NCBI GenBank assembly: GCA_037139695.1
Contig: JBAXFX010000003.1
Location: 1-38,235, forward strand
Length of the DNA stretch: 38,235 nt
Reading direction: 5' to 3'
DNA from: Candidatus Moraniibacteriota bacterium
Lineage (GTDB): Bacteria > Patescibacteriota > Minisyncoccia > Moranbacterales > UBA1568
The notes under the pieces are model-generated. The model did no database searches and was not told the origin of the DNA. It was given only the letters and a program-made list of their open reading frames with translations. Numbering within the stretch: the first letter of the stretch is position 1; each line of letters starts with the position of its first letter. Positions 18,862-29,514 of this stretch are shown here, one piece after another. The position numbers were made by a program, and so were the translations under genes.

Positions 18862-19407
18862 ATGGAAAAACGGAAATTGAAATCGGACTTCCTGCGGGGA
18901 TTCACGCTTGTGGAAGTGATGGTCGTGGCCGCGATGATCGGGATTATCTCGGCGATTTCTTTGGTTTCCCTGAGTGATTCGCGGGTGCAAGGCGACGTTA
19001 TCGCGGGCGAGCGGACGCTTTCGGCTGCTATACGTGAGGCACAGGCATATGCGTTGACCGGAAAGAACATAAATGGGATGTGTGGTACGGATTCGTGTAT
19101 TCCCTGTGAATTCCGTTTCCATGCGAACGGGGGAGCGTATTCCATCACACAGTCGAACATCGATTCTTCCGGTTCCTGTGGGCCATTTTCCACCCCCGTC
19201 GACATCCCGTTTCTCAATGGTGTTGTGGCATCCGATATGACGGTGATTTTTCTTGTTCCGCGCGCTGAGCCGTTGGACTCTTTCAGTAATGAGCTCGTTT
19301 CCGGGTCGATGGATTTTTCCCTCTCGAAGGCGGGAAAAGTCGGCCATGTCTGCCTGTATCCGCTTGGGCGGATCGAGGAGTTGCCGGTCGGAGTGTCGGG
19401 ATGTTAA
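18862..19407 (+). CDS. minor pilin (FimT/FimU-like)
   Basis: LRG|FTLVEVMVVAAMIGII within the 18466-19407 ORF; IREAQAYAL helix; ends in Cys. Confidence 0.85.
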   Translation: MEKRKLKSDFLRGFTLVEVMVVAAMIGIISAISLVSLSDSRVQGDVIAGERTLSAAIREAQAYALTGKNINGMCGTDSCIPCEFRFHANGGAYSITQSNIDSSGSCGPFSTPVDIPFLNGVVASDMTVIFLVPRAEPLDSFSNELVSGSMDFSLSKAGKVGHVCLYPLGRIEELPVGVSGC

Positions 19408-19430
19408 TGCCAGCCAATACTTTCCATCCT

Positions 19431-19994
19431 ATGCGTATCAAACGGAATGTGCTGAACGGATTTTCTCTCGCTGAAACGATGCTGTCGATGACCGTCCTAA
19501 TCGTCGGCATATTGCCGATCCTTGCAGCTATGAACGGCGGTTTGAAACATTCCCTTGAGAGCCGTTCCATTATTACCGCGTCCGGACTCGCACAAGAAGG
19601 TGTGGAGCTTCTCAAAAACGTGAAGGATAATAACGCGTTCGCCGGCGGAACATCTCTTGCCGTTTGGCTCCCTCCTTCCGGGGGGCCGACCTGGAATGAC
19701 TGTCGGATCGATTTCAATGATAATGCCGTTTCGACTACCGGATTTCCTGTTTCCTGCGGACAGTCGAATTTTTCCCTTTCAGGAACGCCGTATGTGCATG
19801 GTGGCGGATCGGGGAAATTCAATCGGAGGATATTCCTTTCCTATGACAGCACGAATGAGACGGTTGACTGCATAAGCGTTGTCTATTGGGGAAGTACGTA
19901 TGTACCTTCCACCACTATGGCAGATGTGCGTTCGCAATGCAGTGCATCGAACGCCTGTGCGTATGCGGAGACTACGTTGACGCCATGGGAATAG
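19431..19994 (+). CDS. minor pilin (PilV-like)
   Basis: NG|FSLAETMLSMTVLIVG; ASGLAQEGVELLKNVKD; FNRRI; start could be 19401 or 19407. Confidence 0.82.
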   Translation: MRIKRNVLNGFSLAETMLSMTVLIVGILPILAAMNGGLKHSLESRSIITASGLAQEGVELLKNVKDNNAFAGGTSLAVWLPPSGGPTWNDCRIDFNDNAVSTTGFPVSCGQSNFSLSGTPYVHGGGSGKFNRRIFLSYDSTNETVDCISVVYWGSTYVPSTTMADVRSQCSASNACAYAETTLTPWE

Positions 19995-20017
19995 AAAACC
20001 GTATGCATGAAGGTACT

Positions 20018-20551
20018 ATGAGAAAAAAGAACCTCCGGGGATTCACGCTTATCGAACTGATCGTTTCGATGGGTGTCTTTATAGTGATGATCACGACGGT
20101 TTCGGCGACATTCGCTTCCGGATTCGCTTCCTATGGGAATGCCCGCGATCTCGAGCGGGATGTCGAGTCGGCGCAATATGCGATGAATACGCTCGCGAAA
20201 TATCTTCGGACAAGTACGATTATCGACTCGACGCCGTCATCCGTCGTATTCTATGATTATTCCTCGAATCGTTGTTTTGAATACGAAATTACCGGAGCCG
20301 GCGTCTTGCAGGCGCGTATGAAAGATATCGTCTCATATTCTCAGTGCAGCGTTTCAGTCTTAGGGAGTCCGTTCGACCTGACGACGGGGTATGTTTCCGG
20401 CGAGTTCGTCGTCGATCCTTCCGTCAAGAGTCCGAAACATATGGGACGAGTGACGTTGTATCTCGATATACGAAAGTCTCCCACCTCGACGATGTCCGCG
20501 AATGTTCAGACCACGGTCTCGCTCCGCGATTACCAGTTTCTCGAGAACTAG
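20018..20551 (+). CDS. minor pilin (PilW-like)
   Basis: LRG|FTLIELIVSMGVF; C-terminal QTTVSLR. Confidence 0.85.
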   Translation: MRKKNLRGFTLIELIVSMGVFIVMITTVSATFASGFASYGNARDLERDVESAQYAMNTLAKYLRTSTIIDSTPSSVVFYDYSSNRCFEYEITGAGVLQARMKDIVSYSQCSVSVLGSPFDLTTGYVSGEFVVDPSVKSPKHMGRVTLYLDIRKSPTSTMSANVQTTVSLRDYQFLEN

Positions 20552-22735
<2,184 letters not shown>

Positions 22736-22807
22736 TATCGTCCATAATACCTTCCGTCACTCGGCATGTCTTTCGAGGCTGTCGTCGTCGGACTTCTATC
22801 GCATACT

Positions 22808-23095
22808 ATGTTGACGACCGAAGAAGTGAAACACATCGCGCTCCTCGCCCGCATCGGCCTGTCCGAAGCGGAGACGGAAAAGTACCGGAAGGACCTTTCC
22901 GGCGTGCTTGATTTCTTTCACGAGCTCGAGGGACTCGACCTTTCGGGCGAGCAAGATGCCGACGGCATCCCGGTGAAGGAGAATGATACGCGCGAGGACC
23001 GTGTCGTGGCATTCGGCTCCCTTGGGCGGGAGGATATCCTCAAAAATGTCCCGGACCGGACGGATGGGTTCATCAAGGTGCGTTCCGTGTTCTGA
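22808..23095 (+). CDS. gatC: Asp-tRNA(Asn)/Glu-tRNA(Gln) amidotransferase subunit C
   Basis: EEVKHIALLARI, REDRV and GFIKVRSVF; directly upstream of gatA. Confidence 0.92.
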   Translation: MLTTEEVKHIALLARIGLSEAETEKYRKDLSGVLDFFHELEGLDLSGEQDADGIPVKENDTREDRVVAFGSLGREDILKNVPDRTDGFIKVRSVF

Positions 23096-23175
23096 GAGCC
23101 TCGCGTTTTTCACTCGGTCGTTTTTGAAGACGTACTCACGGGGAAAGTTTTCCATTTTCACTTTTCACTTTCGTT

Positions 23176-24627
23176 ATGATCCGAGCACTGCACGAAAAAC
23201 TGAAAAACAAGAAAACGACCGCGGGCGAACTTGCGGAGTCGTATCTTGTTCGTATCGCCGACCGCGATCCGGATATCGGCGCATATCTTTCAGTGCTCGG
23301 TGACGAGGCGCGACGAGCGGCGACATTCGTCGACGAGAAGATCGCTCGTGGCGAGACGATCGGCCTGTTGGAAGGGATTCCGGGTGCGGTAAAGGACAAT
23401 ATGTGCATGGAAGGAACCCGGACGACGGCCGGGTCGAAGATGCTCGACGGCTATATCGCCCCGTATGATGCAACTGCCGTCGGTCGGCTTCGCAGTGCAG
23501 GCGCGGTCATACTCGGCAAGACGAACATGGACGAGTTCGCCATGGGATCGTCCACGGAATCGAGTGCGTACAAGATGACGAAGAACCCCGTTGACACGAT
23601 GCGCGTTCCCGGTGGTTCGTCGGGCGGTTCCGCTGCCGCGGTTGCGGCCGATATGGCCGTGTTCGCGCTTGGGAGCGATACGGGCGGTTCGATCCGTCAG
23701 CCGGCATCGTTTTGTGGCGTGGTCGGACTCAAACCGACGTACGGACGGGTCTCGCGCTACGGTCTTATCGCCATGGCATCGTCGCTCGACCAGATCGGCC
23801 CCTTTACCCATACCGTCGAGGATGCGGCGATTGTCCTTTCCGAGCTGTACGGATACGATCCGATGGACGTGACGACGGCCGAAAGCGACGGGAAGCGGTT
23901 CGAAGATTTCCTTACGGGTGATATCCGTGGACTTCGGATCGGAATCCCGAAGGAATACCTCTCAGACGCTCTGGATGAACGGATACGGAAGACATTTCTC
24001 GCATCGGTCGAGCGGTTCAAGTCGCTTGGCGCGGAAATAAGTGAAATCTCTCTTCCTCATGCGAAGTATGCGTTGCCGGTGTACTATATCATCATGCCAT
24101 CGGAAGTGAGTTCGAATTTGGCTCGGTTCGACGGTATCCGGTTTGGTATGTCCGTGAACGACCAGGAAAAACGTTTCGCGAACTCCGATACATTGCTCGA
24201 GACCTACCTTGATACCCGCGACTACGGGTTCGGCGACGAAGTGAAACGGCGTATCATGCTTGGGACCTACGCGCTGTCGGCCGGATACTACGATGCGTAC
24301 TACAAGAAGGCGCAGCGCGTCCGCGATCTCATCCGAAGCGATTTTACGAAGGCCTTCCGCGATGTCGACCTTATCTTTTCTCCGACCGCACCCGAGCCGG
24401 CCTTCCGGTTCGGTGCGAAGTCATCCGGCGATCCGGTCGGCATGTATCTTTCCGATATCTATACCGTGACGGCGAATTTGGCCGGTATTCCTGCCATATC
24501 GTTTCCGATGGGGACGGTCGAGGAAGACGGGGTAGCTCTTCCGGTCGGCGGACAGCTCATGGTGGCGTGGTTCGACGAAGAAACGCTTCTGCGCGGGGCA
24601 GACGCGTTCGAAAAGGCCGAAAAATAA
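23176..24627 (+). CDS. gatA: Asp-tRNA(Asn)/Glu-tRNA(Gln) amidotransferase subunit A
   Basis: KTNMDEFAMGSSTE, PGGSSGGSAAAV, GSDTGGSIRQPA and EVKRRIMLGTYALSAGYYDAYY. Confidence 0.97.
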   Translation: MIRALHEKLKNKKTTAGELAESYLVRIADRDPDIGAYLSVLGDEARRAATFVDEKIARGETIGLLEGIPGAVKDNMCMEGTRTTAGSKMLDGYIAPYDATAVGRLRSAGAVILGKTNMDEFAMGSSTESSAYKMTKNPVDTMRVPGGSSGGSAAAVAADMAVFALGSDTGGSIRQPASFCGVVGLKPTYGRVSRYGLIAMASSLDQIGPFTHTVEDAAIVLSELYGYDPMDVTTAESDGKRFEDFLTGDIRGLRIGIPKEYLSDALDERIRKTFLASVERFKSLGAEISEISLPHAKYALPVYYIIMPSEVSSNLARFDGIRFGMSVNDQEKRFANSDTLLETYLDTRDYGFGDEVKRRIMLGTYALSAGYYDAYYKKAQRVRDLIRSDFTKAFRDVDLIFSPTAPEPAFRFGAKSSGDPVGMYLSDIYTVTANLAGIPAISFPMGTVEEDGVALPVGGQLMVAWFDEETLLRGADAFEKAEK

Positions 24628-24637
24628 CATCAAACCG

Positions 24638-25165
24638 ATGTCTACCGATATACCTTCGATCGTCGGAATAGCGGTGTTGCTCTGGCACGGACTCCAGCAG
24701 TCGGCCCTCTATTCTCTCGCGGCGTCGCTCCTCAAGATCTATACGGTCGTGGTGTGCATCGACGTTATATTGCTTTTGCTTCTGCATGATGTGCAGTCGA
24801 GTCTTCAGAAACAGCGGTTCGGTGGACGTCGTCCGCTCATCCCGCTGGCAAAGTTCCTCAAGCGTTGGGAGGCGATCAAAGCACGACTCGAAAGTGGAAA
24901 CCCGTCGTACTACAAGGCGGCGATACTCGAGGCGGATGCGTTGGCCGATGAGATGCTTGGCGAGATCGGCTATGAAGGGGGGAATATCGGCGAGCGGCTT
25001 GGTCTTATCATGCCCGGTCAGATTCTTTCCGCGGAACGGCTCCAGGAAGCGCATAAGATACGGAATCGGATCATTCACGATCGGGAATTCTCACTTTCAA
25101 GGGAAGAAGCCGATGAACTTCTGGCCTTCTATGAGAGTTTTTTCAAGGAATTGGAGCTGATGTGA
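24638..25165 (+). CDS. membrane-anchored hypothetical protein with a HEPN/DUF4145-like C-terminus
   Basis: N-terminal hydrophobic segments; AILEAD, GERL and AHKIRNRIIH (RxxxxH). Confidence 0.7.
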   Translation: MSTDIPSIVGIAVLLWHGLQQSALYSLAASLLKIYTVVVCIDVILLLLLHDVQSSLQKQRFGGRRPLIPLAKFLKRWEAIKARLESGNPSYYKAAILEADALADEMLGEIGYEGGNIGERLGLIMPGQILSAERLQEAHKIRNRIIHDREFSLSREEADELLAFYESFFKELELM

Positions 25166-25189
25166 AATGTAATCGTTATAGTCACGAGT

Positions 25190-26275
25190 ATGTTCAGGGA
25201 ACACAGCGGCGTTCACGATATCCTTTCCGGAAATCCGGACAACTTCCAGCCGGAAGCCGCTTATACCGATGAGGAGCGGCGGTTGATCAGTGAGACGAAA
25301 GAACGGTGTGCTTCGGTCGACGAACGGAACCCTGACCTGATCAGGGAACTCGCTTCGAAACTGTTGCGTGAGATCGGTGGGAGCGATCATCCCGACCAGA
25401 CGTTCTCTCCTGATGTGATGCCGATCCGGTACTCCCTTGAGTCTGGTCGGTACGGGAAGATCCTGGAATCGATTGAGGCGGAGAAACGGAAAATCGGTGA
25501 TGCGGATCATCTGACGCTTTCCGGCCTCAGGGTGATCGAGGAATCGGCACGGCGGCTTTTGGAACTGGCGGACCTGTCCGAGAAGGTGTCCGAGGTTCAG
25601 GACGCACTTCGGGAATGCGTTGCTGTTGACGCGAAGGACTATGGAAACGTCCGGTCGGCCGCGACGCGTGTACTGTTTTCGATCGGAGCGAAGGATTCCT
25701 TCGAGAGGCCGTTCCGGGCGAAAAATCTGCCGACGGACTATTTTCTCGAGCCGGGAAGGTATGAGAAAGTCCTTGCTTTGATAGAAGTCGAAAAAAAGAA
25801 GATTGCCGATGCCGTCACGTCTGCCGATTCACGATCCGGCGCGATTATCGAGGAATCGGCCCGGGAGCTGTTGGAACTGGCGGACGAGATGACGGAGACC
25901 TTGTTCCGCCCAAGAAAAATCGAATGGGCGAAGGATGATATCTGGTTGTCTGAAAACGGGATCGGGGTGGCGAGGAAAGAGTTGGATGAGGCGCTTGGGA
26001 TACTGCGGGCGAACGGCATCGATCCGGTTGAAAACGAGAGGAAGCGGAAAAACGGGGAACCGTATGAACGGGTATCGATACCCGATGGGCCGGTTGGAGA
26101 TGCATTCGATGCGTATCTTCGTGCGGCGGAAACGATACGGACGAAAACCGAAAAAATCGACGAGGCGCGCGGGCTCCTGGACCAGTACGATGTCCGCGCC
26201 AAGGAGACGGCCGTGGAAACACCGAAAACCGGGAAGAAGGTCCCGAAAGGGGTGTTGGAGGAATCGAAGCCATAA
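25190..26275 (+). CDS. hypothetical helical protein with an internal ~103-aa duplication
   Basis: 361-aa ORF in operon orientation; repeated Y.LE.GRY.K.L..IE.EK.KI.DA ... IEESAR.LLELAD. Confidence 0.8.
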   Translation: MFREHSGVHDILSGNPDNFQPEAAYTDEERRLISETKERCASVDERNPDLIRELASKLLREIGGSDHPDQTFSPDVMPIRYSLESGRYGKILESIEAEKRKIGDADHLTLSGLRVIEESARRLLELADLSEKVSEVQDALRECVAVDAKDYGNVRSAATRVLFSIGAKDSFERPFRAKNLPTDYFLEPGRYEKVLALIEVEKKKIADAVTSADSRSGAIIEESARELLELADEMTETLFRPRKIEWAKDDIWLSENGIGVARKELDEALGILRANGIDPVENERKRKNGEPYERVSIPDGPVGDAFDAYLRAAETIRTKTEKIDEARGLLDQYDVRAKETAVETPKTGKKVPKGVLEESKP

Positions 26276-26295
26276 GACGCTTCATGGCGGGCCGG

Positions 26296-26324
26296 TTGAC
26301 AGGATGGGCCGGGCTTGGTATGCT
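26296..26324 (+). promoter_or_regulatory. sigma70 promoter for secE-nusG-rplK-rplA
   Basis: TTGACA-17 bp-TATGCT with an extended TG. Confidence 0.75.
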
Positions 26325-26369
26325 TATCCCATACGAAGCCTCTGACGGGCTTTTTTTGAAACAGGAAAT

Positions 26370-26552
26370 ATGCCGAATATCATCGAATTCCTGAAGGAAG
26401 CGAAGGCGGAGCTCCTCAAGGTCGTTTGGCCGACGAAAGAGCGGATGATTCGCGATACGGCCATCGTGGTCGGTATTTCGCTTTCCACGGCGGTATTTCT
26501 CGGATTGCTCGACTTCGTTTTCGAGAGTCTCGCGAAGAAATTCCTTTTTTAA
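26370..26552 (+). CDS. secE: preprotein translocase subunit SecE
   Basis: FLKEAKAELLKVVWPT plus one TM; upstream of nusG. Confidence 0.95.
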   Translation: MPNIIEFLKEAKAELLKVVWPTKERMIRDTAIVVGISLSTAVFLGLLDFVFESLAKKFLF

Positions 26553-26582
26553 GATCAAAGGTAATTTTAAGATCAAAGGTAA
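26547..26582 (+). repeat. perfect 18-bp tandem duplication spanning the secE stop
   Basis: TTTTAAGATCAAAGGTAA x2. Confidence 0.85.
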
Positions 26583-26605
26583 CCGTTTCTTTTTTTCCAA
26601 GCACT

Positions 26606-27151
26606 ATGGCGAAGCAGACACAACATCACGGTCGGGCCTGGTACGTGCTTCACACGTATTCCGGATATGAGGACAATGTCGCCCGGAATCTCAACCAGCG
26701 TATCGAGTCGATGGACATGCAGGAATATATTTTTGATGTCCTCGTCCCGAAGGAGAAGAAGATCAAGATCAAGGGCGGGAAGCGCGTGACCGTCGAGGAG
26801 CGCATCTATCCCGGATACGTGCTCGTGGACATGATGGTGACGGACGCGTCATGGTATGTGGTCCGCAACACCCCGAACGTCACCGGGTTCATCGGTCTCG
26901 GCACCACGCCGACCCCGATTGATTCGAAGGAGATCGACGCGCTCAAGAAGCGGATGGGCGTTTCCGAACCGAAGTACAAGGTGGATGTCCGCAAGGGCGA
27001 TGTGGTGAAGGTGATGGACGGTCCGTTCAAGAATTTCGACGGCAAGGTCGAGGAAGTGGACGAGGAGAAGGGTAAGCTCAAGGTGTTCGTGTCGCTCTTC
27101 GGGCGCGAGACGCCGGTGGAGCTCGACTTCCTTCAGGTGAAGAAGGCATAA
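26606..27151 (+). CDS. nusG: transcription termination/antitermination factor NusG
   Basis: [31 protein letters not shown] motif and FGRETPVEL. Confidence 0.97.
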   Translation: MAKQTQHHGRAWYVLHTYSGYEDNVARNLNQRIESMDMQEYIFDVLVPKEKKIKIKGGKRVTVEERIYPGYVLVDMMVTDASWYVVRNTPNVTGFIGLGTTPTPIDSKEIDALKKRMGVSEPKYKVDVRKGDVVKVMDGPFKNFDGKVEEVDEEKGKLKVFVSLFGRETPVELDFLQVKKA

Positions 27152-27212
27152 TCAGATTACAACACCGCGGTTCGGATCGAGTGATTTCCGGCAGGCGGGG
27201 TTCCAAGAGTAT

Positions 27213-27638
27213 ATGGCAAAAGCGATCAAGACGGTCATCAAGCTGCAGATTCCGGGAGGTAAGGCGAACCCGGCTCCACCGGTCGGTCCGGCGCTCGGTC
27301 AGCACGGACTCAATATCCAGGGGTTCTGCATGCAGTTCAACGAGGCGACCAAAGACCGTCCGGGCGAGGTTATCCCAGCCGAGATTACGGTGTATGAGGA
27401 CCGCACGTTCGACTTCGTGCTCAAGACGTCGCCGGCAGCCGAGCTGCTGAAGAAGGCGGCCAAGGTGGAGAAGGGCGCCGCGAATCCAAAGAAGGACAAG
27501 GCTGGAACCGTCACCGCCGAGCAGGTTCGTGTGATTGCTGAGCAGAAGATGGAAGACCTGAACGCCAACGATGTGGATGCCGCGGTGAAGATCGTCTCCG
27601 GAACGGCCCGCTCGATGGGAATCAAGATCGAGGGCTAG
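27213..27638 (+). CDS. rplK: 50S ribosomal protein L11
   Basis: [23 protein letters not shown] ... GTARSMGI. Confidence 0.98.
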   Translation: MAKAIKTVIKLQIPGGKANPAPPVGPALGQHGLNIQGFCMQFNEATKDRPGEVIPAEITVYEDRTFDFVLKTSPAAELLKKAAKVEKGAANPKKDKAGTVTAEQVRVIAEQKMEDLNANDVDAAVKIVSGTARSMGIKIEG

Positions 27639-27685
27639 AGACAGCTAGCCGCTATCGGTTAACGGGGAACGCGGGCAGACCCTTC

Positions 27686-27818
27686 CGTCTTTGCGAAGGA
27701 ATGAATGTGAATATTCATGATTGAAGCAATCCAGTCCGGTCGTTCGTGAGCGACAGGACCAGGAAGAATGGAAAAGGGTTGGCCGGATTGCCACGGATGG
27801 TTACATCCTCGCAAAGAC
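27686..27818. repeat. CGTC-type REP-like palindromic element
   Basis: CGTCTTTGCGA...GAAGCAATCC...GGATTGCCACG...CTCGCAAAGAC; nested inverted repeats typical of GTCATTGCGAG/CTCGCAATGAC elements. Confidence 0.75.
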
Positions 27819-27866
27819 AGACGGGGAATAAGGAGAAGGGAACGGATACTATCGATAATTAATTTT

Positions 27867-27906
27867 GTGGGAGATGCGGGTCACAAGATCCGATCGTTAT
27901 CACCAC
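27867..27906 (+). promoter_or_regulatory. probable L1 autoregulatory leader upstream of rplA
   Basis: GTGGGAG...hairpin...GTTATCACCAC just before the rplA start, resembling the L1-binding internal loop. Confidence 0.65.
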
Positions 27907-27919
27907 GAACGACAATCAT

Positions 27920-28618
27920 ATGAAGCACGGGAAGAAATATCGCCAGGCCGCGGGAAAGATCGTCAGCAAGGAGGAGTATTCGCTTGAGGACGCCATCACG
28001 TTCCTGAAGGAGAACGCCATCGCGAAGTTCGACGAGTCGGTCGAGGCACACATCCGTCTCAATATCAATGCCAAGAAGTCGGACGAGTCGGTCCGCGCGA
28101 CCGTCGTGTTGCCTTTCGGCACCGGCCGGGTCAAGAAGGTCGCGGTCGTGACGAACGCGGCTGACAAGGCGAAGGAAGCGACCGATGCCGGAGCGGTACT
28201 TGTCGGCGGTGAGGAGATCGTCGCGGGTATCAAGGATGGGAAGATCATTCCCGGTTCCGCGTTCGACATCCTGCTTGCCACGCCGGACATGATGCCGAAG
28301 CTCGCGGCTGTCGCGAAGATCCTCGGCCCGAAGGGACTCATGCCCAGCCCGAAGAACGAGACCGTCACCGTGAAGATTGCCGACGCGGTCGAGATGCTTT
28401 CCAAGGGAAAGAAGGCGAGCTACAAGAACGACGACTCGGGCAATGTGCACCAGGTCATCGGGAAACTTTCGTTCTCGGCCGAGCAGCTTGCCGCGAACTT
28501 CGAGACCTGGAGCGAGTCCGTCCGCAAGGCCAAGCCGGAATCGACCAAGGGGAAGTTCATCAAGTCGATCACGCTCTGTTCGACCATGGGCCCGGGCGTG
28601 TCCATCAAGCTCCCGTAA
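27920..28618 (+). CDS. rplA: 50S ribosomal protein L1
   Basis: KFDESVE, VRATVVLPFGTG, LGPKGLMPSPK and STMGPGV. Confidence 0.98.
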   Translation: MKHGKKYRQAAGKIVSKEEYSLEDAITFLKENAIAKFDESVEAHIRLNINAKKSDESVRATVVLPFGTGRVKKVAVVTNAADKAKEATDAGAVLVGGEEIVAGIKDGKIIPGSAFDILLATPDMMPKLAAVAKILGPKGLMPSPKNETVTVKIADAVEMLSKGKKASYKNDDSGNVHQVIGKLSFSAEQLAANFETWSESVRKAKPESTKGKFIKSITLCSTMGPGVSIKLP

Positions 28619-28636
28619 TTTTGCCTTTCTCAAGCG

Positions 28637-28667
28637 AAAAACGGACCCTTTCCGGGGTCCGTTTTTT
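28637..28667 (+). terminator. intrinsic terminator after rplA
   Basis: AAAAACGGACCC-tttccg-GGGTCCGTTTTTT. Confidence 0.85.
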
Positions 28668-28896
28668 CATATATAATAGGTAGGCATCAACGGACAGTGA
28701 GCAGACGACAGTTAACGAGTTAACGTGTTCACGGGTTCGATGCTTCGATATCGCTTTCACAAATCGTTAACGCATCGACGGCATATTTATACGAATCTTT
28801 TCTCATGTCCGTCATTGTTTCACTTTAACTTTTCACTCTCATGTTCCCGTCCCGATATTTTACACTTTTCGCTTTAAATTTTTCACTTCCATACCT

Positions 28897-29466
28897 ATGA
28901 TCCTTTCCGACCGCGACATCATCAAAGAACAACGCAGGGGCGGGATTGTTATCAAGCCGTTCAGCCGCAAGCACGTCCAGCCGTCGAGTGTCGACTTGCA
29001 CCTCGACCGGCATTTCCTCGTCTTCGACACGACGCACAACTTCGTCATCGATCCCAAGGCGCCGGCCGAGAATCTCATGAAGCCGATCGAGCTCAAGAAG
29101 AACGAACCGTTCATCCTCCATCCGGGGGAGTTCGCGCTCGGACTCATCGCCGAGGAGACCGGCGTGTCCGACGCCTTCGTCGGTCGCCTCGAAGGCAAGA
29201 GTTCCCTCGGCCGCCTGGGACTCATCATCCACACGACCGCGGGCTACCTCGATCCGGGCAACTCGCTCCACCTCACGCTCGAGCTCTTCAACGCGGGGCG
29301 CCTCCCGATCAAGCTCCACTACGGCATGGCGATCGGGCAGATCGCCTTCGAGCCGCTCTCGTCGCCGTGTGAACGCCCGTACGGCTCCAAGGGGCTCAAC
29401 TCCAAGTACTTCGGCGACAAGAAGCCTGTCGCCTCCAAGATGTATCTCAACTTCAAGAAAAAGTAA
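28897..29466 (+). CDS. dcd: dCTP deaminase
   Basis: MILSDRDI, QPSSVDL, EGKSSLGRLGL, TAGYLDPG, TLEL and IGQI. Confidence 0.95.
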   Translation: MILSDRDIIKEQRRGGIVIKPFSRKHVQPSSVDLHLDRHFLVFDTTHNFVIDPKAPAENLMKPIELKKNEPFILHPGEFALGLIAEETGVSDAFVGRLEGKSSLGRLGLIIHTTAGYLDPGNSLHLTLELFNAGRLPIKLHYGMAIGQIAFEPLSSPCERPYGSKGLNSKYFGDKKPVASKMYLNFKKK

Positions 29467-29514
29467 AACGGTATGGATGTATTTCAGAGCCGAAATACCG
29501 ACCCATTTTAACGG

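Noticed and set aside
22808-24627. Missing gatB as a sign of a novel amidotransferase
   Set aside because: gatB is often encoded separately, and absence cannot be judged from one window.
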